From: Takakia lepidozioides
Lineage: Eukaryota > Plantae > Bryophyta
DNA length: 64,000 nt
Reading direction: 5' to 3'
NCBI GenBank assembly: GCA_030704615.1
Contig: CM060734.1
Coordinates: 32,302,001 to 32,366,000, forward strand
Part shown: positions 12,433 through 25,476 of the stretch, piece after piece
How positions within the stretch are numbered: position 1 is the first letter of the stretch
How the letters are laid out: each line of letters starts with the position of its first letter
Notes under the pieces: model-generated
The model's database searches: none
The model's input: only the letters and a program-made list of their open reading frames with translations
Told to the model about the DNA's origin: nothing
Translations under genes and position numbers: made by a program

Positions 12433-12947
12433 AAATGAAAGCATCACTGTTTGTTGGTCAGCATCGCCCACGTCGCTGTAGGTTTGCTTCTGTTTCCTCA
12501 CTCGCTTTCGCTCCATTTGTTTCTAGCATGTCACGTTTTGTGAGTGTGTTGTCTTGTCTGATGCGGAGCATCTCACTTGTATTCATTCGTTTCAAAGCTG
12601 TTTGAATTCATTGGTTCCAAAGCTGTTTCAATTAGTTTGAATTGATTAAAGCTGTTTAGGTGTTTCAATTCATTGCTGCTTCTCTTCTGGTGGTTTGTAT
12701 GGTGGTATATAAAGGTGGTTGGTATGGGTGGTTTGTGTCATGGTTTAATGGTGCTGCTGGATTATTAGGGTTATGGCGGGTTAGGATCATGGTTTTGTAC
12801 GATTGGTTTTATGAAATTCCGATATTTGAAAACGGGTTTTTCTTCGGGCCTAGGCTACTCTAATAGACTAGTCTCCGTAGACCAGTAGACCTCTAGTAGA
12901 CCTCCATAAACTCCGGCAGGACAAACCACACGAACCTTGTCTGCCTA

Positions 12948-13622
12948 ATGGAGATTCCTGCGTGTTACTATGCCAAGGCACAACATAAAGATGTATTGAG
13001 ATGGACTTATGTCGATGCCTCCCTTGCGTTGATTTTTTGTTCCGTCAGTATAAAAAGAAGGTGCGTAGGAGTGCACACGGTGGCCAAGATGGTTCTGAGA
13101 CCATCGTCAACATCTGTAAGGGGCCAAGGAGACAGAATCCAGTATACATCAACGAAGCAGAAAACCAAGACGCATTACTGGTTTTGTCGAAAACAAAAAA
13201 CTTCAAGAAGAGATCTGAGAATCAAATTTCAGATGTGGGCTCTGACGTGCGAACCTTCATAAATCCGGGCACTGATGAATCAATGTTCAAGGGAGTTATT
13301 CGACGGGAGACAACGGAGGAAACCGAGGAAAAGAAAGATGAAAGTGATGAGTGCAATCTTCAGTCTGATTCAGATAATCAAATTTTTGTAGGAGATAGTG
13401 AATAGTCCCCGGGATCCGTCCTTCCGTCCTCTCCCGGACAGTCCTGACTCTCCGCAATATCTAGTATCTGTCCTTGTAATTTCTCCAGAATACGTCCCTG
13501 CAGATTCTCCTTAGTACGTCCCTGAAGATTCTCCATAATTCATCTCTGGAGATTCTCCGACATATACCCCTAGAGAGTACTCCCCTGAAACGCTCAGGAT
13601 GATTCGAGAGAGCCTCCTGTAG
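12948..13622 (+). pseudogene. Unknown acidic protein relic ending in SPxYxPxD octapeptide repeats
   Basis: ORFs 12948-13405 (acidic). Then 13443-13622 reads PDSPQY...SPEYVPADSP*YVPEDSP*FISGDSPTYTPREYSPE; both stops are compatible with CAG/CAA>TAG/TAA changes. Confidence 0.5.
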
Positions 13623-14029
13623 TTATTGTAGATATAAGAAAATGAAGGGATGAACCTCATCTTACAAGAATATATCGAGTTCTTGTAGATATTAGATATT
13701 CATTATTCGAACAATTTTGAGACCGCATGATGTATGGAATGGCGAGACGAGCCTTCTCCGAATAAATATTTTTTTCTTCTTATGAGTGAAATCTTTTTTT
13801 CCTCCTGAATTGAATTCTTTTATCTGTCAGCTATGAGCGTGTGAAGTGGTGAACCTCCACTGGACAGTGGAGGTTAATGTCCTAGGAGTTTTGCATGGTT
13901 GTTATGATATGTGTCTGACGACAGAGGTGGTTTGTTCTATGGACAACAACATCACCCCCAGGGATTGTACTGTTGGAATGTGCAAACCTATCTGTGGTTC
14001 ATTTGTTTCTCGAAAATCTCCGAATTTCA

Positions 14030-16997
14030 AGAATGATCACCTGGCAATTTTTGAGCTCAACCCGGAAAAGAATGGGGCATTGTCCCCGTTGGAACACCTC
14101 CGGACCATAAGTTCCGGTTCCACTACAAGTTTGGTGCAGAGGTCGTCGAACTCAAATATGCAGATGTGGTTGACGTAGAGCTGGAGATAGAGGTGGAATT
14201 TCCGATGTTGGTAATTTTCATGATGGAAGATGGTAGATTTCCCAGAACGTTTAGCTTCAAACTGGAGGTACGACTTCTAAGGAAGGCCATGATGAGAGAG
14301 TCCATTCGGGCAGGGTTCACATATTGCGACGAGGGTACTCAATTTACAGATGAAGATTTTTGCATGGCTTGGGGTGTTTTCTTGGATGTGCTTTACTTAT
14401 AGGGTAAGGAGATTGCAAAGACGCGGGAGGAGGAGGCTGCGAGAGCGCGACCAAGGAAGGGAAATCGGAAATCCACTGACGCCGGTGGTGATGAGAATGA
14501 AGCCGGAACATCAAGGGGAAAAAAGAAACAAAAGGAGGAGATGGATCCCGCTTTCATGACAGATCACAAGAAACCCAAGGCTGCAGACATCTTCGACAAA
14601 GAGAAGTGTGAGAAGATGCAGGAGAGGCCGAAGCAAGACTACAATGACATGTTTTCTTTTGGGTTTGAGGCGACCCAGGATGTTCCCAGGATATGGTGTA
14701 CAGGCCCCTAAATGTTAAGCACAAAGACGAAGTCACAGTGCGTCTTTACCAGCTCCGGGTGTTCAACTCCAATCATCTAGTTTATTTGATTCCCGCAAAC
14801 CCCGAGAAGCCTATGGAGGTTTCTAGTTCGAAACATCGAAACTGGAAGGAGGTGGAAAAATCTAGATTCTTCGTCATCGGTGGACAACACACGATCATTG
14901 CTATCAAGGTAAATTTTTCAGCAAAATCCAATTTTTGTAACAACATGAACCTCCACTGGACAGTGGAGGTTCATGAACTTTAAACAACATGCTTGTTAGG
15001 TCGATATCATTTCTGATCTTATTCAATTCTGTCGCAGGAACTTGTGCAAGACGTGGAAGACGACAATCTTAAGAAGTACTACACTGACTGGCCCTCCAAG
15101 ATTATATGGTCAAAGGATCTGATGAGGCTCGTGAAGCTATCTAAGCTCCTAAACGACCCGAATAAGGCGTAGAAATTTGACACAACATTTCCCGAGAAAG
15201 TTGCACATACCTGAAATTTCTTCGAGCTGAGGGGGAGGCCGAAAAAGTACAACGATCACACAACGAAGTCGGAGACTAGACAATGGAAGGTAAATGATTC
15301 ATTGTGTTTTTTGTTCCTTTTGCTAGAGAATCAAAATATTTCCAAGCTCGGATTTAATGTGACGAACGGAGACCGCATTACGAAGCACCATATTACGAAG
15401 CAGGAGACACTACAAAAGGAGCTTCAAAAGGGAGGGTGCTACAATGAACGAGCGGGATGGTTCATCATTCATAAATTCGACATGATGAGGTCTTTTGTAA
15501 TGTGTCTTGTTTGGTAATGAGGTGCTTGTCCAGCTCTTCTTTTCCCAATCTATTTATGTTCTCCACCTGGAATAGCTCCGCAAATGTGCTGCAAAAATAC
15601 TTGAAACATCGTATGATCATGAAAACGTGATGTTGCGGAGAACGTTTCCAAAAGTTTTCATGGTCATTGGGTTTTTCAAGGATTTTCTAGGCACACTATT
15701 GGAACTGTTCATGGTGGAGAACATGAACAGATTGGACAAATTTGACTTGGAGGAGCACCGCATTCTGAAACATGAGACACTACAGAAAGAGCTTCAAATT
15801 ACAAGGCACAACAAGATGGACGGAGATGAATTGGCAATCGAATCATCATTTGGAGTATAGTATAATTGACATAATAGTTGTGACTTTTGTTTCATCTCAA
15901 AAATCAAATATCAAATATCGAATGAAATGTATAATTTTGGCCCTGATCATTTTCGGAGGAATTTATGCAAACATGTCAACTCATACTGGAGATGAGTAGC
16001 GTGAAGGAGGCCATGGTTCAAGTTCTATGTGACGAAGACGTATGGAACCTATGGGAGGAAGTGTTCAAACAGTGGAAACAAGGAAAGCTTATTGATATTT
16101 TCAGGATTTAGTGCAAGAGTGAACAGCTACCGCTGAATAAAACCGCTATCGCGAAACTGCAAGGACTTAATAGTAGGCAGTTGAAAAGAGTGGCGGAGAA
16201 AATCCTCAACAAGGACATTTACATTCGGGGAACGAAATTCAAGAGCGCGGACAAATCCAAAAATATAATGAGCGCGTATATTGACCAAATGAAATTGCGA
16301 CGGTTTATTATCGACGATGTAATGGAAGTCTTGGGGTGGCCTCGGAGGAGCAAACAGGACCCGGAACCGTATACCAAACATGAGTGGCGTGATGTGAAAA
16401 AAAAATACAGCTTCAACAAAGCTAAGTTTGAAACTTTTCGAGATCGGCTCGAGAACGACTACATTGTAAGCAAACAGAAGATGAATATGGAGACACAGCC
16501 AATGACTGCTGCCTTCAAAAAGTACGTCTTGTCGTGCAAGCAGACCTTTGAGGATAACCAGAATGCCCTGACGATTCCACGTACGAGCTTCAGGTCCCAT
16601 TACACACAGCTGGGGAGAAACCAAAAATTTGTTGATGCCAGATCACGGTTGGGACTTGCACCGAAGAAACGGTTCGACGACATATCGATGGTGTTCGTCA
16701 ATACAGTTTGTGATAATGATTCCGTTGTCTTCAAGGCAAAGGACTACTCCAATATCCTGGATGCTTTTGTGGCTCGAAAGCTCATGTCCAGTGCTTTTGT
16801 GTTTTTTCTCGACACAAGAATCATCGGAAAATCTTGTGTCATACATCCGGAATGGCCCTGGATCAAAGTCGTTTATTATCCGACAGGGTTATTACATTCC
16901 CGGCGAGTTTGAATTATCTTACAAGAGCTGCACGACTATATTCTCCCGGACGGTCCTCTGCCTCGACTATGTATTTCTGGCAACAGCTGAGGAGATG
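14030..16997 (+). pseudogene. Multi-exon ParB/Sulfiredoxin-like domain protein, decayed
   Basis: MVYRPLNVKH...SRFFVIGGQHTIIAIK resembles the ParB/Srx GxHRxxA box. GT-AG intron 14909-15037; next exon 15038-15289 (ELVQD...LSKLLND); long coding-like ORF 16181-16912. Several TAG/TGA stops. Confidence 0.6.
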
Positions 16998-18659
16998 GTG
17001 AATCCGGACGATCACATTCAAACTGTTTTGTTAACGCCGGACCCAATTAATCCGTTAAATTTATTTCCTTAAATTGCGTAGGATGGCATCGTCCATCAAC
17101 CTTCATCTGCCACATCGGGGAGGAGGAACGGATGTTGTTAATATTGAGTGTCAAATGACCCCTCTGCTACCGGTCACCTCCAACCGGCGGTGAATTGTTT
17201 AAGGAGAGATTTCGTTTCAGGAAAGTTACAGTTCATGTTCCCGACAGACCTTTTGTGGTTCCCCGGCCCGGAGTCTTGGAGTTTATTAACCTTGTGTTGA
17301 TGCATTTTCACGTGGCGATTTGGTCATGTGCTAAAAGAGATGTTCTTTGTAGGATGCTCAAGTGCTTAGTTCCCACGAAAATTGCGAATTTTTTTTGCTT
17401 CATCTGGTCAGTTGAGGCACTAGAAGAGAAACCGGCTTTTTCCACGGCTCTGTCATCTCACACCTGGCACATTCCACGGCTTTTATCACGGGTCTGTACA
17501 TTGAGCCAAGGTGTGGGTCTAAATATGCCCTAATTGTGGGGTGTCTCACACGTGGTCCACACCCCGGGCAAGAACGGTGTGAAAACAGCCATGAGCTTGG
17601 CAAGGGTTGGCTTAGTTTACATGGCATGTTACACACCTGTGTGAAATGGGAACATACAATTATTTCCACTGATTGTGGTGTATGGGGAGTTTGAGAATGA
17701 TGCCCTTGGAAAATGATTATGAGCTTCATGTTCATGTTTAGAAATCTGCACGATGGTACTAGCAAATGAAGAATACACCCCATTTTCAATCTCTACATTA
17801 TGAAGTCTATAATGCCCTTGGTGAAATGAGCATGGGGATCGCATTCAAAGGTGGTCTCGTTCCGTTGCAACCTATGACACAACTAGAACAAATAGGCATA
17901 GGCATGATTTACACTTTTTTGCCACAAATCACTTGCATCATCCTTACGTTGAACTCCTTGTTTATGTGACATGCTTGGACTTTGTCATCTCACACATCAA
18001 AGAAAAAACCAGAATATTTTGAAAAAATCCTAACCTAAAAATCCTAACCTAAATTTACTAACAAGTGTTCAAACAAGCCCAATGGTAATATATTTTATTA
18101 CCATTATCAAATGTTTGTCTACGTGGTGTTTTGGTTTTCTAGACAAGTCTGATAGCAGGACTTTAGCCTCTGACCTAGAATGAATCAAAGTACAAAAGGT
18201 TCAAAAGTCAAAAAGTTGCTAATAAGGTTGCCCACTAGGGTAATTGTGAACACAGAGGAGGGCTGGGACTTGGCGTTTTTTTTTGGTTCCCTGCACCACA
18301 CCATGTAGCCGAGGGATGGAACGCGATGATCGCAGGATATGCAGGGGTGTGGGATGGAGGCGTTGAGCAAATGATGCAGGAAGGAGGAGAGGAGGAGGAG
18401 ATGAGACGATGAGAAGCTCGCAACATTCTTGCGAGCTTGCCGTTCTTGGGAGAGTTAGCTTGGTCATAGCAGGCCGTGTTTCAATCTCTGCCTACTCAGC
18501 TACACCGTGGTGGTTCGATCTCACAGACCAATCCGACATTACCTGACTACAGACACAAGCAGCACACACAAGAGGTCCTTTTGGGTTGATGGTTGGTCAA
18601 GTCATGACACAACCTCAAGGACAATGTGGTGAGGGCATCTTCTTCTTTGACCTATTTCA

Positions 18660-20330
18660 ACCTGTTTTGCCCTCTCACATCATGGTTGTGTGCATTGCAA
18701 TGCTTGTGCAAGCCTGGCAACCCTTGAGAAGGGAGTGTTCAACACTATGGCTGAACGAGATGTGGTGTCGTGGAGTGCGATGCTTGCAGGGTATGCAAAA
18801 CAGGGACATGGGATGGAGGCTTTGGAGACCTATGAGCAACTGATGGGGGAAGGGGTCCAGCCCGGCCACATCATGTTTGTATGCATTGCAGGCCTGGCAG
18901 CCCTGGAGAAGGGCAAAGAGGTGCATGGGGATATCATCAAAGCTAGAATTGTACTGCCCTGGGGATATCAAAGCTGGAATTGTACCTAATGTCATTCGAA
19001 ATACTGCCCTAGCAGCTCTCGAAAAGGGGAAGGAGGTCCATGGTGACACCTTCAGAGCTGGAATTGTACCAAATGTCATTTTGAACAATACCCTAGTGGA
19101 CATGTAGGGAAAATGTGGGTGCATCGGGGATGCAAAGGGAGTGTTCAACACTATGGCTAAACGAGATGTGGTGTCGTGGAGTGCGATGCTTGCAGGGACG
19201 TGGGATGGAGGCTTTGGAGACCTATGAGCAAATGATGGGGGAAGGGGTTCAACCCGGCCACATCATGTTTGTATGCATTGCAGGCCTGGCAGCCCTGGAG
19301 AAGGTGCATGCGGATATCATCAAAGCTGGAATTGTACCTAATGTCATTTGAAACACTGCCCTGGCAGCTCTGGAAAAGGGGAAGGAGGTCCATGGTGACA
19401 CCTTCAGAGCTGGAATTGTACCAAATGTCATTTTGAACAATACCATGGTGGACATGTATGCAAAATGTGGGTGCATCGAGGATGCAAAGGGAGTGTTCAA
19501 CACTATGGCTGAACAAGATGTGGTGTCATGGAGTGCGATGCTTGCAGGGTATGCACAGCAGGGACGTGGGATGGAGGCTTTGGAGACCTATGAGCAATGA
19601 TGGGGGAAGGGGTTCAGCCCGGCCACATCATGTTTGTGTGCATTGCAGGTCTGGCAGCCCTGATTTAAATCAGGCACCACAACCATACCACAACTTCTAA
19701 AAGAGGATCAAGAGAGGGAGTCCATAATGCCTCTTCTTGCTCTTCTGGGCATGTGAAGATGCTTTGTGAGGCAGGCAGACTAAAAGAGGCTCTACAACCT
19801 TTAAACCAAGGAGCATTTCAGTCACATTATCCAAAGTGGATTCACACCAAGTGTTTTTCTCCTCAACCCCCTTGTGAACATGTATGTTAAGTGCAGGAGC
19901 ATCATGAATGCACACCGAGTGTTCAACGGAATGCCTCAACGAACTTTGATCACGTTGAATATAATGTTGGCAGGATTTAACATGGGTGTGGTAGGAATGC
20001 TTTGGAGACCTATGAGCAACTGCTGCGCAAAGGGGTGAAGCCCAACCACATCACATTTGTTTGTAATGCATGTGCAAGCCTGGGAGCTCTGGAAAAGGGC
20101 AAAGAGGTCCATGGTGACATCGTCAAATCTGGAATTGTACCCAATGTCATTCTAAACACTGCCCTGGTGGACTGCATGTATGCCAAATGTGGGTGCATCG
20201 AGGATGCAAAGGAAGTGTTTGACAGTATGGCTGAACGAGATGTGGTGTCGTGGAGTGCGATGATTGCAGGATATGCACAGCAAGGGCGCGGATGGAGGCT
20301 TTGGATACCTATGAGCAATGATGCGGGAAG
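18660..20330 (+). pseudogene. Tandemly reshuffled PLS-class PPR fragments
   Basis: Repeated VFNTMAERDVVSWSAMLAGYA, ALEKGKEVHGDI, LVDMYAKCGCIEDA motifs in ~355-405-bp units with many frameshifts. Confidence 0.9.
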
Positions 20331-21090
20331 GGGTGATTCCCCGTGGAAAAATAGCTCCAAGAAACCTGCATGGGTAGATGGTCAACAGGAAGCCGCAGCA
20401 GCAGCGGCACAATTGATAAAATCAGGCAATGCTAATCAAGCCACCTTCTTCAACACATTTCACTCTGTTTTCCCCTCTTATCATAATCTCCCTAAATTTT
20501 CATGTTTTAAATTCTGCAAGTTAGCTGGTTGAGTGAACCTTTGATAGTTTGGAGTGACTTTGACATGATACTGCCAAAGTGACAATAGGAAAGTATCTAG
20601 AAATAGGTAACAGAGAGGAGAAGCTGTGGAATGAATACTTTTATGACCCCAGTCAATGTTGGGACAACCGTCTTGGAAGGTAAATGCCTTTGGATTACAG
20701 AGTGGTAGATGCAATTGAGAATAAGAACTGGTGTGATAAGTTGAGTTGGGTGTTTGCTGGAACAAATCTAGGCTGCCATTGTCAGCTGCTAACAGAAATG
20801 CAAGGATGTATGCATGATCTGTGCAGAGGCATGGATAGCTGAAGGAGCAGGGATAGAGTGTCATCCAAGAAGGCCAGATTTCAAGCTCCAGATTATTTAT
20901 GATTCCCTGTGGAGGGTTAGCTACAAGAAACCTGCATGGGTAGATAGTACATAGTTTGGAGTGATTTTGACATGATACTGCCAAAGTGACAATAGGAAAG
21001 TATCCAGAAACATGTAACAAAGATGAGGAGAAGCTGTGGAATGAATGCTTTTCTGACCGCAGTCAAGGGTGGGACAACCGAGGGAAAAAG
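20330..21090 (+). pseudogene. Captured OSB-type (organellar ssDNA-binding) PDF-motif exons
   Basis: EEKLWNEYFYDPSQCWDNRLG (20615-20678), HPRRPDFKLQIIYDSLW...KKPAWVD (20862-20948) and DEEKLWNECFSDRSQGWDNRGKK (21022-21090). The first and third are followed by GT donor sites. Confidence 0.75.
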
Positions 21091-22635
21091 GTGAATGTCT
21101 ATTAGATTACAGAGAGTAGGAGACGCAACTCAGCATAGACACTAAAGCAAACTCTCATTCCTTGCAAAGGGCGTGTTTTGGTATCTGAGCGAATAAATAT
21201 AATTTCTAAAAACATAATTTCAATATTTTGTTATTTAATAATATTCTCATCTAGGCCACTGTCCATAATAATAATAATAATAATAATAAATTAAATCCAT
21301 TAATATTCAAACTTAATATTGGAAAGCAAATAATAATTAATTAATGTGTACCACCACACATGAACGAACACGTGTTGCATAGTGACTTGTCGAAGGTGTG
21401 AAATATGACATGTGTCGCATAGTGGCTTGTTCAAGGTGTGAAATCCGCCGTGAAACATGCCACACTGGCCTTTTTCACACTCTGCCATGTCAGCGGCCAT
21501 GTCACCATGCACCCCCGTGAAAAAAGCCCACCCGTGGAAAAAACCTCCCGTGGAAAAAGCCACCCGTGGATTTTTCCACAGGGCCACCCGAGAGCCAGGC
21601 CGTCCACGGGGTGTCCGAAAGCACTAGTCGTTCCTTACACCCACGGCAGGTGTGGACTGCGGCTGATTCCACGCAAAAAGTGTGGAAAAAACCGTGGAAA
21701 AAGCCGGTTTCTCTTTTAGTGAGGATTGCAAAGACACTACCGATTACATCATGCCTGGGATGAAATATCTCGTTAAGGATATTTGCACCGTTCTTGCTAA
21801 GTACCATGATACATCCTTTGCAACGCACGGACAAATACTCCTTGTCAATGATGAGCCATCAAAGGGCCTCCGAAACCCACCAAATACTGGATTCTTCTTT
21901 ATTTCATACAAGCCATCACCAAAGGGCTTGGCTGACCAGGATGATATGACAAAAGCTGTGTGGCCATATATATTGAAAACGGCTGCAGCTTCAACAGTCC
22001 TAGATTACATCAGCGAGAACCCTGCCAAGTGTTCTCGTAAGCCTATTGGTCGCGACCACGCCTATTGGGCTTGGTATGGAAGATATGTTGATCCTCGTGT
22101 TTGGATCCCACAACAAAAGGAACCTGATTACCTTGGTATGTATTTATCCCACTATTTGTTGTATATGGAAAATTTGATCTTGAAAGTGTCTTCCACTCGC
22201 ACTTTTACCTTATCATTTTTTTTACAAATGTTCCACATTTCAGCTGACATTTGTCATATGAAAAATTGTTTTGCCCAGTCACATTCAAGGAGCGAAATCG
22301 AAAAGAAGAAGAAGAGCTTCGTGATTGGCAAGAATGGCGGGCTTCCCGATAGGCTTCAAAGGCATCAAGAGATTCAAGTTCCAAGTAACATTTCGGATGA
22401 TAATGTTACTACTAAGTTCGAGTTCTCCGAAAGTATTTCCATTTCCTCTGGTGCGGAGACCGTTGCAAGTGATTGTGGTAATCGGAGGCGTCTTCGAATA
22501 CATGCCTTTGACTGCGAGCCGTTTGGGAGGAGGCTCTGTAATATTAATGGGTTAGTGTAAGTCGTTGTATGGCTTCGAGCCGCTGGATAACATTAAGTCC
22601 AACGGATGTACAGTTGACGTTACATTATGTCTGAC

Positions 22636-24770
22636 CACTAGAAGAAAAACCGGCTTTTTCCACGGTTTTTTCCATACTTTTTGCTGTGGAATCAGCCGCA
22701 GTCCACACCTGCCGTGGGTGTAAAACGACTAGTGCTTTCGGACACCCTGTGGACGGCCTGGCTCTCGGGTGGCCCTGTGGAAAAGTCCATGGGTGGCTTT
22801 TTCCACGGGTGGTTTTTTTCACGGGGTGCATGGTGACATGGCCGCTGACATGGCAGAGTGTGAAAAAGGCCAATGAGGCATGTTTCATGGCGGATTTCAC
22901 ACCTTGAACAAGCCATTATGCGACATGTGTCATATTTCACACCTTCGACAAGTCACTATGTGGTGGTACGCAATAATTAATTATTAATTGATTTCCAATA
23001 TTAAGTTTGAATATTAATGGATTTAATTTATTGTTATTATGATGATGATTATTATTATTATTATAGGGAAAATGGACAGTGGCCTTGATGAGAACATTAT
23101 TAAATAACAAAATATTGAAATTATGTTTTTAGAAATTATATTTATTCGCTCAGATACCAAAACACACCCTTTGCAGGGAAGGAGAGTTTGCCCTAGTATC
23201 TATGCTGAGTTGCGTCTCCTACTCTCTGTAATCTAATAGGCATTCACCTTTTTCCCTCGGTTGTCCCTCCCTTGGTCAGAAAAGCATTTATTCCACAGCT
23301 TCTCCTCATCTCTGTTACATGTACTTTCATATTGTCACTTTGGCAGTATCATGTCAAAATCACTCCAAACTATGTACCATCTACCCATGCAGGTTTCTTT
23401 GTAGCTATCCTTCCACAGGGAATCATCAGTAAATCTGGAGCTTGAAATCCGGCCCTCTTGGATGACACTCTATCCCTGCTCCTTCAGCTATCCATGCCAA
23501 GCTGCACAGATCATGCATACATCCTTGCATTGCTGTTAGCAGCTGACAAATGACAACCTAGATTTGTTCCAGCAAACACCCAACTCAACTTATCACACCA
23601 GTTCCTATTCTCAATTGCATCTACCACTCTGTAATCCAAAGGCATTTACCTTCCAAGACGGTTGTCCCACCATTGACTGGGGTCATAAAAGTATTCATTC
23701 CACAGCTTCTCCTCTCTGTTACCTATTTCTAGATACTTTCCTATTGTCACTTTGGCAGTATCATGTCAAAGTCACTCCAAACTATCAAAGGTTCACTCAA
23801 CCAGCTAACTTGCAGAATTCTCGAAACATGAAATTTTAGGGCGATTCTGATAAGAAAGGAAAACAGAGTGAAATGTGTTGAAGAAGGTGGCTTGATTAGC
23901 ATTGCCTGATTTTATCAATTTTGCCGCTGCTGCGGCTTCCAGTTGACCATCTACCCATGCAGGTTTCTTGGAGCTATTTTTCCACGGGGAATCACCCCTT
24001 CCCGCATCATTGCTCATAGGTCTCCAAAGCCTCCATCCGCGCCCTTGCTGTGCATATCCTGCAATCATCAAACTCCACGACACCACATCTCGTTCAACCA
24101 TACTGTCGAACACTTCCTTTGCATCCTCGATGCACCCATACATGCAGTCCACCAGGGCAGTGTTCAGAATGACATCGGGTACAATTCCAGATTTGACGAT
24201 GTCACCATGGACCTCTTTGCCCTTTTCCAGACCTCCCAGGCTTGCACATGCATTACAAACAAATGTGATGTGGTTGGGCTTCACCCCTTCGCGCAGCAGT
24301 TGCTCATAGGTCTCCAAAGCATTCCTATCACACCCATGCTTGGTAACTCCTGCCAACATTATATTCCATGTGATCAAAGATCGTTGAGGCATTCTGTTGA
24401 ACACTTGGTGAGCATCCATGATGCTCCCGCACTTAATATACATGGAGACAAGGGTGTTGAGTAGAAAAACATTTGGCGTGAATCCACTTTGAATTATGTG
24501 AGTGTGCACCTGCTTTCTAGCTTCCAGACCTTCCATCTTGATGCACTTAAGCAAGAGACAGACATACGTACCTGAATATGCTAAACTTGGTTTCCACCTC
24601 TATATAAGGTCTGAGTGCAAACTGTTCAAACTTCTATCTCCATACCTCTCACTTGCAGATTGTGTTTCCCGCACCTCTCTGGTCATTCCCCACCTCATTG
24701 CCCATAGTACACCTCTCTGAGCATCCTGTACCTCTGTGGCCATCGCAGGTGTACCTCTCTGAATTTCCAT
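22636..24770 (-). mobile_element. Second, inverted and truncated copy of the PPR/OSB Pack-CACTA
   Basis: Starts CACTAGAAGAAAAACCGGCTTTTTCCACGG and mirrors ~19800-21721 in reverse complement; 249-aa PPR ORF at 23805-24554; no distal TIR found. Confidence 0.9.
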
Positions 24771-25476
24771 AATCTCTCGTGTGAACTTCATTTTCTCCCG
24801 TAGGAAATGTTATGACATCTGTGTGTTTTCGATAATCTACAGGAAAATCTACTTATTTCTCATCTGCACATTTAGAAATTACAGTCCAATACTTTCCTTT
24901 CGTTGTATTTGTCCATCTCTCCAATTTCCGTATTCCGTCATCTATCAAGTCGTGGACCTCCACTGGACAGTCGCGTCAATGCTCACATTCATCCGTCATT
25001 ACAATTATTCATCCACGTAACCATATTCATCCACTAGTATTCATCCGTCCGACTTTTTTCATTTGTAGCTCATGCAATCTCCACTATACAGTGGAGGTTA
25101 TATAATTAGACTCAATCTTCACATGACATGTTCCAGACCAAACAATAATTCCATTTCTATTCTACTTCTCTGAAACGTTCATACGCGAGGGTATTTCTTT
25201 TTTTTGTATTGATTCATCTCTGAATAGAGTTTTAACTCATACTGCTTATTACTGTGAGTAAGGTTGTTACGGAGGGGTTTTCAATTTCTTGAACCTCTCG
25301 TGTGCAGTGGAGGTTCCGGTGATCATGAGCTTAGAGACTGGTCAAAGAGTGTTTCTTACTCTTCCTGGGTCTTCATCTTTAGTAGCAACTGGGGATTGCC
25401 CTTAAGTGCTTCTCATCTCCTGTGATGAAGCAAACTCATTATGTCCTCTTCCTTATGGACATATGGATGCTAACAC

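Larger units (their letters stand above)
17418..21721. mobile_element. Pack-CACTA carrying PLS-type PPR and OSB PDF-motif fragments
   Basis: TIRs CACTAGAAGAGAAACCGGCTTTTTCCACGG / CCGTGGAAAAAGCCGGTTTCTCTTTTAGTG; TSD AGG (17415-17417 and 21722-21724); CCACGG/CCGTGG subterminal repeats. Confidence 0.95.
17082..22135 (+). pseudogene. FCP1/SCP (NIF) HAD phosphatase-like domain, split by a CACTA insertion at 17418-21721
   Basis: RMLLILSVK*PLCYR...VVPRPGVLEFINLVLMHFHVAIWSCA...FCFIWSV|EDCKDT...LVKDICTV...ILLVNDEPSKGLRNPPNT. Removing the insert and one AGG restores the frame exactly. Confidence 0.8.

Noticed and set aside
16680-16997. A methyltransferase domain in the ParB-like gene of the large element
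   Set aside because: ISMVFVNT could be a degenerate motif IV strand, but no DPPY or FxGxG is visible, so no call is made.
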